Source of the DNA: Trichosphaerium sp. ATCC 40318
Taxonomy: Eukaryota > Protista > Tubulinea
NCBI GenBank assembly: GCA_038496445.1
Contig: JALMLS010000356.1
Span: 62,001 to 126,000, forward strand
Length of the DNA: 64,000 bases
Reading direction: 5' to 3'
Shown here: piece by piece, positions 49,313 to 61,559 of the stretch
How the letters are laid out: each line of letters begins with the position of its first letter
Position numbering within the stretch: position 1 is the stretch's first letter
The notes under the pieces: model-generated
Database searches by the model: none
What the model was told of the DNA's origin: nothing
What the model saw: the letters and a program-made list of their open reading frames with translations, nothing else
Made by a program: the position numbers and the translations under genes

Positions 49313-52278
49313 ATGGCTACTAAACCAGATGGAGTACGTTTATTTTCATCGTTTTGTACTGACAATAACTAGAAAGACTGAAGAAGAGCGCCTGTCATTT
49401 GCTACATATGTTTGCGCACGTCTGGGTATATCTAAGTGTTCTCCAGTAGAAGGTCCGCGTTTCTTTTTCGAAAGTTAGTAGTTTGACACTTCGTCGCTCG
49501 TCTGATGGCAACTTTAAGCCGTTACAAAAGCGGTCCGCTATTAATCAGTCAAAATGATGCTATAACGTTATAAAATTCTCTAAACAGCTTTGATAGGTTC
49601 CAAAGGCTCAGCGGACTCACAGTGCTTAATATCTAGCTTGCACGAACGAATGACGGCAACAAGCAACAACTTTGTTATACACAATTTAGATCGCACTGAG
49701 CAGCATTTAAAATCACTTTGGGAAGATATTCGCTCCAAAGCAGACAACGAAAAACAACAAAACACGAGTACTTGTTCTTTGAAGGACTTTGTTAGTGATA
49801 TGTTTGATCTTTTAACTCAACTGTTTGACGAGTATTTCAATCAAAGTACGTCTACTTAGGATCACGTGTTTCGTGTTCAAATGATGACTTACTTTTTTTT
49901 TAGGTTGGGAAAATATTGAAGGACTTGTGGATGCAAACAAAGCGGTGAGGGAATTGTAAGTATTTTTTAATACAAAGACAACAAGATGCTGACACCAAAT
50001 TTAGAGCTAATCTCAATACTAAAGAGGCTGAGCACAAGCAAAAGTCTATAGATAAAAAGTAAGCAAAATGCAGTCCTGCTGGTAGTGGCATTAAAATCAC
50101 GTGATTTTATAAAAAAAGTCTCGTGTAATTTTTTTTCTAACATTCAAAAAAGGCAAGTACCAACTGCAGAGATAAATGAAATGATACAGAATGCCCAAGA
50201 CAAAGACGATGATGATGATTCAAAGGTCAAACATATAGTCACAAGTGAAGACTTTAAAATCGTTGATAAAGGCAGAACATTGTTGTTAATTCATGCTTCT
50301 TACTGCGAAGCTTGTAAACGATTAATACCAAATTTTAAAGCAGCAGCGAAGGTATATAAACAATTGTTAACCTATGAGTTATCGTATTCTTATAACTATA
50401 CAGTTAATCGCAGATATGCCAGAGATTAAAGTCAGATTCGCCATGCTAGAAGGTTTGTTTTTGTACAACTTGAAAAACGCTGTTTTTTCTGTTTTTTCTG
50501 TTTGTAAGTTTTCTGTTATAGGTAGTCTGCCAATGACTCGAAATTGGGCTCTACCAGCACTACATTATGAAGAGTATCCTACATTATGGATGTACAAGTA
50601 CGTAATTATAAGTGATGTCAAAGACATGACTAAAACAAAAAAACCAGGGATGGTAAATTGGAAGATAAGTTTTCAGGAACTGATCGTTCTATTGAAGCCA
50701 TCGTTAATTTTGCAAAGCGGTATGTATCAAATTAAAAGACCTGTTTAATTACTATATAACTAACTATTACATAAGGAAATCACGTGATAGAGAAAAAGCT
50801 AAACGACATTGGGAGATTTTACGGCAAAAACTTGTCGTTGATAAATATGCAAAAAGATCTGATGATGTTTTAAAGACACAGAAGCAACTCACTAAAGTCT
50901 TCGAGATTAGCAAGGTATGTCTCCAAAACCAATTAACCTTGTTTGTTTTAATACCTTGAGTGTTAATTTAATCCACTTTCTGTAGGCTTTAGGTTGTACT
51001 AAACAAAACAAGTGTGTAGTCTCTCCAAAAAGAGATTTGACTGTACAGAAACCAAGATTGTATTTAATGGGTGGTGGCATGGCTTCAGGTAAAAGCTCTG
51101 TTGTCCGTAAACTACATAAAACGGACGAATTCTGGATGAAGTATGGTAAAGATATCGTAATAGTAGAGGCAGATAGATTTAAAATGAAAGATCCTGTGTT
51201 TAAGGTATGTATGCACTATTTCAGAACATTGGACACTTGTTAGATGTGAGATCTAAAACAAATTAGGAGCTTGAAACAATAAAAGATCCTCTAGCTAGCT
51301 ATCACGTTCATGAATACTCAACACAAGCAGCAGTAAGTACATGGAGTGCACTCAATATTTATTTTTTTGTATTCTGACTTATCTGTTTCATAGTCAGAGC
51401 TGTTCTTGGTTTCTTTACACCATAATAGAGATATTGTACTTGATGGAACTATGATGTGGGAACCATTTGTGAAACAAACAATAGAAATGGTTCGTGATAA
51501 TAAGAACAACTATTGTAGAGGTCCTGGATATAAAAAAGGAGGTAACCATCTTACGTCAAAAAGTCAATGAGTTACGAAATGAAATATTAACTTAACTGAC
51601 AGAGGAAGAAGTGTATTGGAAAGTGGAGCGACCTGCAGAGAATCCATGCCTAGAGTATGAAATTATTATTATCGGTGTTACAGCACCTGCAGAGACTGCT
51701 GTAGCAAGGTATGAAGTGCTTTGAAGAAAGCGTTTTCATTAACAAAAACAACTTAGAGGTATTGTGAGGAAAATTGTTACAACAAGAGGAGTTCCTGTTT
51801 ATTCGCAGTTGGAGAGTCACAGACAGTTTTCAGTGAATTTTGAAGGTTATGTAAAATCGGTTGACCAAGGTATGCTTGTTGACACATGTCACAAATCAAG
51901 GATAACTGCGCTTTTTTTTTCTCCAATTTTGAGTATAAGAACATTGTTTTCTTTGTTTAGACAGTCATATCTTATTGATTCATTCTAGCAATGTTATTTT
52001 ATAATGGAGAGAAAGATCCAATACTCATTGCCCATAAAGAAGGAAAAGGTAAAGAACTTGAAGTGCTAGATAAGAAGAGATACAAACACTTCATCAGGTA
52101 AAAAAATAGATTGTTTTTGTTGTTTGTTTCTAACACGTGTTTTCTTACCTACAGTAAAAAAGATATAAATTCAAAAGCAAAGAGTGCTGCTGAGTTGTTT
52201 CCTCAAAAAGACCTTGAATCAAATATTAAAGCGTGTTGTCCAAATCTATTAAAAAAAGTAAAAGCATACTTTAAATAA
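49313..52278 (+). CDS. Zeta-toxin-fold P-loop kinase resembling plant CaM/Ca2+-dependent NAD kinase (NADKc), with inserted thioredoxin/PDI-like domain
   Basis: 'LMGGGMASGKSS', 'VEADRFK', 'VHEYSTQAA', 'RDIVLDGTMMWEPFVKQTI', 'AVARGIVRKI...RGVPV..QLESHRQF'; TRX-like 'HASYCEACKRLIPNFKAAAK...YPTL'. Confidence 0.85.
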
Positions 52279-53165
52279 ACAATGATAGTGAAGAACCTTG
52301 TGCTTCACTATCAGCTAAGTAGATTTTGAGAATCTGTTTGCAATTCATAAAATATGTTTTACATAATTATGTCTGTATGTTTGTGCTTGTTAAAATAACT
52401 GTTGTGCCAGCTAATATGCTATTGTTTGGGAGGAAAGCCAATGTCTTAGTGGCTATCAATAGCACACTGATATTGTGTATATTTGTACATAAAACGCACA
52501 TACAACACTACAGTGCACTTGTGCGAATTACATTTAGTCAGTGCCTATTTTTTCCAGGATATTAAGTTCCAAACATGAGTGAGAGATTCCATATTAAAAT
52601 ATAAGGAATACATGGTATTATGCACGCTTTTGAGATACTCAGATATGCTGTTACTTGTTGGCGTACACGCATTTCTCAATATTTTTACCTCTGATATTGT
52701 GAAACACTTTTGTGAAACTAGAGCATGCTTCCATCTCTCAGTACTTACACACCATCTACTAGACATCTGTTCCTTGTAGTATGTCTCATAAGAAACATGC
52801 GAGTCATGTTTGGAGTTTACAGAGTGCTGATTTGGTGGGTTTTTTACAATGTTTCTGATTTTGCTTTCCATGAAATTTTTTTTTTTTGGACAGAGAATGA
52901 AGTTTTCACGCGTTGGGTTTATGGTGTTGTTGATATTAACCATAGTTTAATCGTGTTAATATGTCTGTTGAGTTCAGAGTTGAGCTTCGGTCTCACAAAT
53001 TCAAACACCGAAATGGTTGACATATTCACCCGTTAAACATAATTACATCCCTGTGATGACTATGTTATTTCATAAAATACATGCTATAAGATATGTACAA
53101 GCTAAAGTAGGCCTCCTCAAGTCCTTTTTATTAGATGTATCTGTATGATTCTACATGATTTGGTT

Positions 53166-54544
53166 TTAACGTCTCAACAGTAGTTTACGGGCTTCAGAGT
53201 CAATAACTTCACCACCACAAGAGACAGTAAATGTTGTTGGTTGGGCAATATCACATGGGTCCCTTATTACAAACCATTAATATGTTGATGCTAAAAACAA
53301 AAAGTAGTACAGAGGTGCTTTTCCTGAGAAACTGATTCCAGATTGAATAGGTACAGGTCCTGAGGATTCTATTTGAGCACTTAAATCGGAAGTACTTGGA
53401 CCTAGGGGCTTTATAAGTTCATCAGTAATGGTATCGCTGAGTCATACCTGTAGCAATAAAATCAAAACTGCATTGTCCAGTAGCAAGATCTGAAACTACA
53501 AAACCGTTCCTGGAGTCTGTTGTTTCTATTATTCCTGCTCCTACCGCACAAGTTTTTGACTCTGGTATTATTGTTCCTATTTCGGATGGGATGATAAATG
53601 CTATATCTGAGAATCCAGAAAATGGCACACAATCCAGCTTTGCTGTAACAATGTCACCTGTAAAACAAATGTGTCAACAATAGTATGAATAAATTTTCGT
53701 TCTATTTTCATGGCTATAAAGCACTGCTATACTATAGGACATGGAAGATATTTTGAGTTGTAAAGCAAGTCTGCTTCCAAACAAAAAGTTGTTCACGTGG
53801 AAAGCTATTTGTTCAGACTCTGTTTTGATGTGAATGTTTGTTTCATACCTCTTTTTGCTGAAGTAACAGGCACACCATCAACTAAAAACTGGTGCTCGCA
53901 TACTGTAGCTGGTGTAAAACATAATTCATCAATAGTATATGTCACAGATGTCATTACACTATCCAGAGATTCAAAGGAAAGTGTGAATGTGCTTAATTCG
54001 TTAACTTGTGTTCCTATAGTTATACATTGTTCCCTTCTTTCGTCTCCTGTACTAAACTGTATGAACATATTGTCTGTTATACTAGTTCTTGCCACCAAGC
54101 CAGAGCGTATTGAAGATGCTACACCAACAGTAAAGCAATCTACAGAGTGTAAATACAAGAAAAAGAGCTCGTGTTTTTGTTTCAAGAAATTAACTTACGC
54201 CCACTCAGAGCCGAAACATCAACGGATGTTACCGATGTATACTCTATCTCACACCGACCTACAACGTCTGTACCAAACTGAATTGTTAGAAACCCGCCCA
54301 TTATCGAACAAATGACAGGGTTTGAAGCCATTGACGGGTTTTCGTCAACATGTGCTGTAATTCGTCTCATCCCTCCGAAAACGCCCGGAATATTAGTCTG
54401 GAGCATTGTAGAAGGCGTCCCAATAGTCGTTGCGGTTACTGTTACTGCAGCCGTTAGATCATCCACAACACGCGTTGTTATTAACGGTTGGCTCATTGAC
54501 ATTGCTATGAACGCCAATAAATACAGCACGGAACCTTTCCACAT
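53166..54544 (-). CDS. Secreted beta-rich hypothetical protein
   Basis: Signal peptide MWKGSVLYLLAFIAMSMSQ; several spliced Thr/Val/Cys-rich exons; no family recognised. Confidence 0.6.
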
Positions 54545-54945
54545 CACGTGTTATCAAAAGCTAGCTGTGATTCTCGGAGGTATTGTTTTATTTGCTGAGG
54601 TTAAGTTGTGGGGAATCTGACGCTTATAGCTCCGGAGCCCTATGAACCACTAATCATGTCTAATAGTAGATTAACCAGAAAAGTAGAAAAACTAGCAAAC
54701 GTGCTCTTGGCTTAGCAGCTTCACGAAACCTAAAAAGTTCTGCAGTACGTATCTAATAATTGCTGTTAAATCTATGAGCTTCCAGCAATTTGCATTTTAA
54801 GCTCAAGAAATGTTGTTGGGTTATTTTAAAATTCAGTTCTCAATCACGTGATCAGTTAAGTTGAGGTTGGTTACAAATCTTACTTTTAATTGTATTACGC
54901 CTTCATTGACACCTTACAAGAGCAAGGTTGATCGTTACAATCATA

Positions 54946-56548
54946 ATGGGTAATAAACAGCCAAAGGCGTGTAATACAACTGATTATACATCTACATTAC
55001 TGAGCATGCCTAACGAAGTGTTGGTGTGTATTTTAGTTCAATGTATGCCAAGTCAGCTAACAACAACCCGTATCATCAACAAACGCTTCCACGAGCTCAC
55101 ACAGGTGGCTGCAAGGCAAAACGCACGCCTCAGACTCAATGATAAATATGTTTACAACGCTGGGTAGGGATTTTCGCAGACTATTGACAGTACATTCTCC
55201 CAGCTTTATAGCTATAAATTAGTACGCACGTGCTTTTTTTGTAAAAGGAATCGACCGAGAGTTACAATAATGGTACTATGCCATAATCTCAATTTTCAGC
55301 TCCACGCTGAAAAATCACAACTCATTGATTTGAATAAGTTTTATTGGATTGTAGCTACTGCTGACCATTGATTGCGTTAACAACATTTAACTCTCGGTCG
55401 ATTTCTATGACATACCCACAATCCTAGTGGCATAAACAAAATTACCTAATGTCATGTTAGAAGCTACGACCGTATACTGCCAAGATGGCATCAATAAAAG
55501 TTTGTTTTTTAGGAAGTGAGGGTAAGCAGTTTTTTAATATGTAGCACTTAATCTTTATCACAGGGACCGGAAGCAAGTCAGCTTTCATAATACAATTTTG
55601 CCGTGATCAATTCGTATGCGGGATTGTATGATTCTTAACATTAACTTCTTTTAGAGGAAGGACTATTATCCACCAATGGAAAATGTACGTTGTATTGTTT
55701 GTGAGCTTATTTAAATCTCATACTTTCTTTAGACGTACCGGTGCGTGTAGTACTTCTTTTGAGTTTCCACTGACAAACATATTAAGAAAAACATGGAAAG
55801 TGGATGGGCTTACTGTTAATTACACTATTCTGGATACAAAAACATACGCATGTGGAGACAAGGTAAAAACTAGCTTCAAGTTTAAGAATTGTAATTGTTA
55901 ATATTACATTATGAGTAGCGTGATTTTTATCTTCCTTGTTCTCGAAGCTACTATGATTGTTTTGTTATTGGATACTCTATTACTTCACAAAAATCATTTC
56001 AGGATTGTATTAGTAACTACATTCCTTATATTCTTCCTTCTAAACATGGGAACAGTTTTCGCAAAGTACGTCACAATGCCAGGGCATTATGTGTAATTTT
56101 ATTTTATTTAGCTGCCAGTAGTGTTGATTGGAAACAAAAAAGATCTTAGCAGCCAACGTGAGGTAACGTATGCTGAAGGAAAAGGTACAAGTTGTATTCT
56201 CAAAAGTATATCTTTTTCTTCCCTTTATTTGTTATTCATTCCTTCCTTGACCTTTCTTTTACATTGTAAATTACTTGATTTAAATCATTACTGCCACTGT
56301 ACACACTCTTTTCCTTCCCATATGGGAGGAAACAGTCGCTAATGTGACGTGCTGGTGTGGCTTTTTTCTCTTTTTTTTCTGATTTTTTAACAGCTTTGGC
56401 CGACGAGTATGGTATTCCCTTTTTCGAAACATCAGCAAAAACAAGAGAAAATGTTGAAGAGGCTATGATATTATTAACAAGAGAGTATTGGAAAAAGATA
56501 TGCAAAAAGAAAAGGAAAAGGAAGAAAAAATGGAGAAGCAAAAAATAA
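54946..56548 (+). CDS. F-box + degenerate Ras/Rab-like GTPase domain
   Basis: MGNKQ start; 'LLSMPNEVLVCIL...INKRF' F-box; 'VCFLGSE|GTGSKSAFIIQF', 'TILDT', 'LIGNKKDL', 'FFETSAK'; polybasic tail with no CAAX. Confidence 0.8.
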
Positions 56549-58433
56549 AAACAACCAAAAAAGTTTGTTCAAAGTGCGTTCAATAAATATCAGACCAAAG
56601 CTTTATATTTCTTTCTCTATTACAATTTAAGGAATTTTCATTACCCATAGACCCCATGAAAATACTATACGGCTGTCAAACTTGTGCTTACCGTGTAGAT
56701 TCAAGTTATTATGTCATATTCGCCTAAAGCTATCAAAAGCATCGATACCATTGCCTACTACAAAAAAGTGACATATCCAAGAGTTAGGATGAAACGTTAT
56801 TGAAGTGAGCCAACTTTTCAAATTCTTGAATTATGGACTATAGTTTTTACTCCACTAATTCACGTGTATTTGCAATTCGACAAACTGATTTTTGACTTTT
56901 CAAAGAGTAAAGAGCTGTTATGTTACGTAGCCAAAAAGTATGATTTGGGTAAAAAGTAGTTGAAAGTATCAAATATTGTTCACAAATAGCAACCTCCGAA
57001 TGGTTCTAAATGGAAGCAACTCCCTTGGTACATAAACACGTGTGTTTTTCTTCAAAAAAGGAAAGTAGCGTGAAACGTGAAGCGTGAAAAGGCACGATAG
57101 TTGTAGAATTCTATACCAGTATCCAACAGCAAAGTAGCTCTTCATGAGAGTCCAAGTAGCACTTATTACCATAGTGAATCGCATTGGTTGTTGTTTATTT
57201 GCTAGTTTGCGTAGCTATCTTCAAGGTACATGCGTAGATTACAGAGTAATATCCAACTAACAGTTCCTAATGCCATAGTTCACAGGATTTACGTTGGACA
57301 TCAACTGTGTTAGATGACTTTCAAAACAGCCGGATTTACAGCTACGTAATAAGGTCTGAGAGTTGATTAAAAAGAAGAACTTGTTATGTAGAAAATACCT
57401 TTTGCGCACTACTAGCGACTCCTTACCTGACCTAGGTACAGCGCTGTGTAAGCGAGACAGATAGCTAAAAAAGTACTTGTACTTCTTTTCCACTCAGAAA
57501 AGCTCGGAAGTATTTTCAAAATTCAAAGCGTTATCTAAAGCTACTGCAACACATTATAATTACAAGTTTAGAAGTATTTTCAAGTCCCATGTCCTGTCAA
57601 AACGAGCTGCCACTGTTACACACTACCCTCAAACTTGAACAACATGTCTAGTAGTTGTGTGGTACAAAAGTGGAAACCTTGAGTAACAAAGCGTTATGGT
57701 TAATGGTAAACGAAATGGCGAAAGAGTGGTATAAAACTGGACCTCGTAAGATAAAACAGATTCTTAGTTGGTCAACTCCAACTTTTAACCATCTGTATCT
57801 CCTCTGTAATTTGTTAATACCTATTGCTTTGGACCTGTCCCATCATATCTCGAAAACCCTTTAGTGAACAAGTGTCTTTTATTTTTAAACTTAAGGGGTT
57901 ACTTGGAGAGTAAACCATCATTTATGAGTAACAACAGTCGAATTAAAAATGCAATGTGCTCTATATTTAGCTCGATCCTATATCAGTGTACCACAATTGT
58001 ACTTCAGACAAAATATATTATACCAGTACAGAATCTTCCTTGACACTCTACAAGAAAAACCTTAGTAAAGAAAAGAAATGCAAGCTGGCTTTCAGAGCAT
58101 ACATGGGATTCACTTGAGTTTCTTGTTACACTTCTTCATCACTGTTGACGCCTTATACAACAATTTTATATGGTCTGAATTTGTAGTTACGTGTGATGAT
58201 AGAGGAAACATATGATAGTGTCGACAGAGACTGATGAAATAGTTGGTAATGTACACAACAAAAATTGAATAAAACGAGTCAGTATGAAGCAGAAACTAAC
58301 AGTTGTATTTTCCTTCATGTCACGGGACTTATTGTAGTACAAGAAATACAAGGATAGTGAAAGCAAAAAGCACCAAATCCAGCGGAGGTAAAATGACTCC
58401 TTGGAGGAGGTTGCTAAGTCACTTTTTATATAT

Positions 58434-61298
58434 TCAGGTATTAATGGTGCTTTGTTTGTTAAAGTATGCTTGCACTTTTTTTAGTAGGTTTGGACTTCTT
58501 CTGTCATTTTCAGGACTTTTAGAGTAATACAGATCTGAAGCATTCTTTGCTTTTGAATTTATCTTCTTTTTTCTGTGAAGGCGTGTTAGCCCAAAACCGT
58601 TTCAACTTAAAAAGTTGTACCTGAGGAAGTTTTTGTATCTCTTCTCATCTACTACTTCAAGTTCTTGACCTTTTCCTTCTTTACAAGCAATGAGTATTGG
58701 ATCTTTCTCTCCATTATCAAATAACATAGCTATAACGAATCAATAAGATACGATGTACTGTCTAAACAATGTTCTTGTACGCAAAATAGAAGAAAAAAAA
58801 GAACAAGGTTATCTGAGGATATATTTCATTCAAGTCATTGTTGACAATGTGTGTCAACATGCACGTACCTTGGTCAACCAATTTTACATAACCTTCAAAA
58901 TTTACTGAAAACTGTCTGTGGCTCTCCAACTGCGAACAAACAGGAACTCCTCTTGTTGTAACTATTTTCCTCACAATACCTCTAATATGTTTTTGTTAAT
59001 GAAAACGCTTTCTTCAAAGCACTTCATACCTTGCTACAGCAGTCTCTGGAGGTGCTGTAACGCCGATTACAATGATTTCATATTCTGGACGTGGATTCTC
59101 TGCAGGTCGCTCCACTTTCCAATACACTTCTTTCTCTGTCAGTTAAGTTAATACTTACTTTCCTATCTCAACTAGTATTTACCTCCTTTTTTATATCCAG
59201 GACCTCTACAATAGTTGTTTTTATTATCACGAACCATTTCTATTGTTTGTTTCACAAATGGTTGCCACATCATAGTTCCATCAAGTACAATATCTCTATT
59301 ATGGTGTAAAGAAACCAAGAACAGCTCTGACTATGAAACAAATTAGCACCATATGGTTATCTAAACTTACAGCTGCTTGTGTTGACTCTTCATGAACGCG
59401 ATAGCTAGCAAGAGGATCTTTGATAAGCGTAAGCTCCTAATTTGTTTTAGACCTCACACATCTAACATGCGTCTAATATTCTAAAATAAGCTTTAAGTAG
59501 CATACATACCTTAAACACAGGATCTTTCATTTTAAATCTATCTGCCTCTACTATTACGATATCTTTACCATACTTCATCCAGAATTTGTCCGTTTTATGT
59601 AGTTTATGGACAACAGAGCTTTTACCTGAAGCCATGCCACCACCCATTAAATACAATCTTGGTTTCTGTACAGTCAAATCTCTTTTTGGAGCACCTGAAC
59701 CATCGCAATTTAACGCCTACACGAAATTGATTTTTAGAATGCTTAGGTGCTTTTTCTTGTACCTTGCTCATCTCAAACACTTTTTGGAATTTTTTCTTTG
59801 TCTTAAAAAACAGTTCAGACTTCTTGACATGACTTTCAACGACAAGTTTTTGCCTTAGCAGTTCCCAATGTCTCTTTGCTTTTCCACCATTACTTGATAT
59901 CCTAATGTTAAAGCTTAATTAAACAATACGTCTAGATGGTTTTGTGATCATACTGTTTGGCAAAATTAACTATGGCTTCAACAGAACGGTCAGTTCCAGA
60001 AAACTCACTTTCTTTTTTTCCATTCCTAGTTTGTTATATCAAAGAGTAGCATGTTGGTAATAATACGTACTTGTATAAACATATTTTAGGATGCTCTTCA
60101 TGATCTAGTTCTAGGAAGAGAAAATTAACAAAGAGATGTAAGCCGGATTGTCAGCATACCTTCAATCATTGCAAATCTGATTTTAACTCCAGGGTCTTCT
60201 GCAATTAGCTATGTCGGTGTAAGTATATATGAGGACATGTTAAAATAACACACTACCTTTGCCGCTGCTTTAAAATTTGGAATAAGTCGCTTAGGTAATT
60301 TACAATGACAAGGTTTGATTAGCAATACTGTAGTGCCAGTTTGAACTATATTATTGAAGTCTTCTTTTTTCTTAACATCAAAAACTTTTGAATAATCTGA
60401 GTCATCTTTGTATTGTGAGTCTATAAGTTCGTTCATCTCACCACGTCGTATTTTACTGTAACGATGGTTAACAAAGTTAAGAAAGAACTGAGAAAATTAT
60501 TATCAATCACGTGATTAGGCAGTACCAAGAAAGTATAAAAATGCTAAAGCTTCTATTGCTTACCTTTCTTTAAAATCACTACGAACACGTGTAGCTTGTG
60601 GGGTATTAATTTCAGCTCTAAACAAATGTCGGTTTGGTAGTAAAAGAACAATCGTACATTTTCTTTACACCTTTGTTTGCATCCACAAGTCCTTCAATGT
60701 TTTCCCAACCTTAAAAAAAAGTAAGTCATCCTTTGAATACGAAACACGTGATCCTAAGTAGACGTACTTTGATTGAAATACTCGTCAAACAGTTGAGTTA
60801 AAAGATCAAACATATCACTAACAAAGTCCTTCAAAGAACAAGAAGTCGTGTTTTGTTGTTTTTCGTTGTTGTCTGCTTTGGAGCGAATATCTTCCCAAAG
60901 TGTTTTTAAATACTCCTCAGTGCGAACCACGTTGTTTATAACAAAGAAATTACTTGTAACCGTCATTAGTTCGTGCAAGGTAGATTCTTTTTTTGATGAC
61001 TCTCCTTGACCTGTAGCGCCTATCACGACATTAGAGAAAATCAATCTTTTGCGTGATTGAAAGAGGAACCACTTGAAAAATGCCTCTAAGTTACCATAGG
61101 GACAATTATTTGACTGAGAATGCCAGAACTACATTATCTCAAAAAAAAGGCGTACTTTCTATTGGGGAACACTCAGATATGCCCAGACGCGCACAAACAT
61201 ATTTAGCAAACGACAGGCGCACTTTAGAGTCTCTTAACTAGCAATTCGTCAGTATAAAACAGTGAAATCAACAGTACTGTATTTCGTATATTAGCCAT
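58434..61298 (-). CDS. Second NADKc-like/thioredoxin kinase; inverted paralogue of 49313-52278
   Basis: Near-identical kinase exons (MGGGMASGKSS..., RGVPVCSQLESHRQF) and matching intron positions; divergent TRX-like segment. Confidence 0.85.
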
Positions 61299-61559
61299 GT
61301 AGCAAACAAGATGTTGTAGATGATGAATTGTGTAGTCAAGCATATTCGAGAAAAACCTGTTCATTGAGCAGTAAGCAAGCCTTGTTCGTTGACTAACTAC
61401 TGTTCACTGATTAATCAACGGCATAAACTAACGCTTAAGGGCACCTGTAAGGAAGTGTTCTTGTAATGAAGAGTCTTGAGCGTCGTTTTGCATAGCTCAT
61501 TACTTGCTTAATGTGCAATCAACATTTTTATGAAACTACTAACAATTCCTTTCATTAGT

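Noticed and set aside
56600-58300. Degenerate transposon in a long non-coding gap
   Set aside because: No TIR/TSD pair or transposase motif could be identified.
49313-61298. Bacterial zeta toxin-antitoxin module paired with YwqK-like 'antitoxins'
   Set aside because: The genes are spliced eukaryotic genes. Their motifs fit NADKc better, and the MORN genes are not adjacent.
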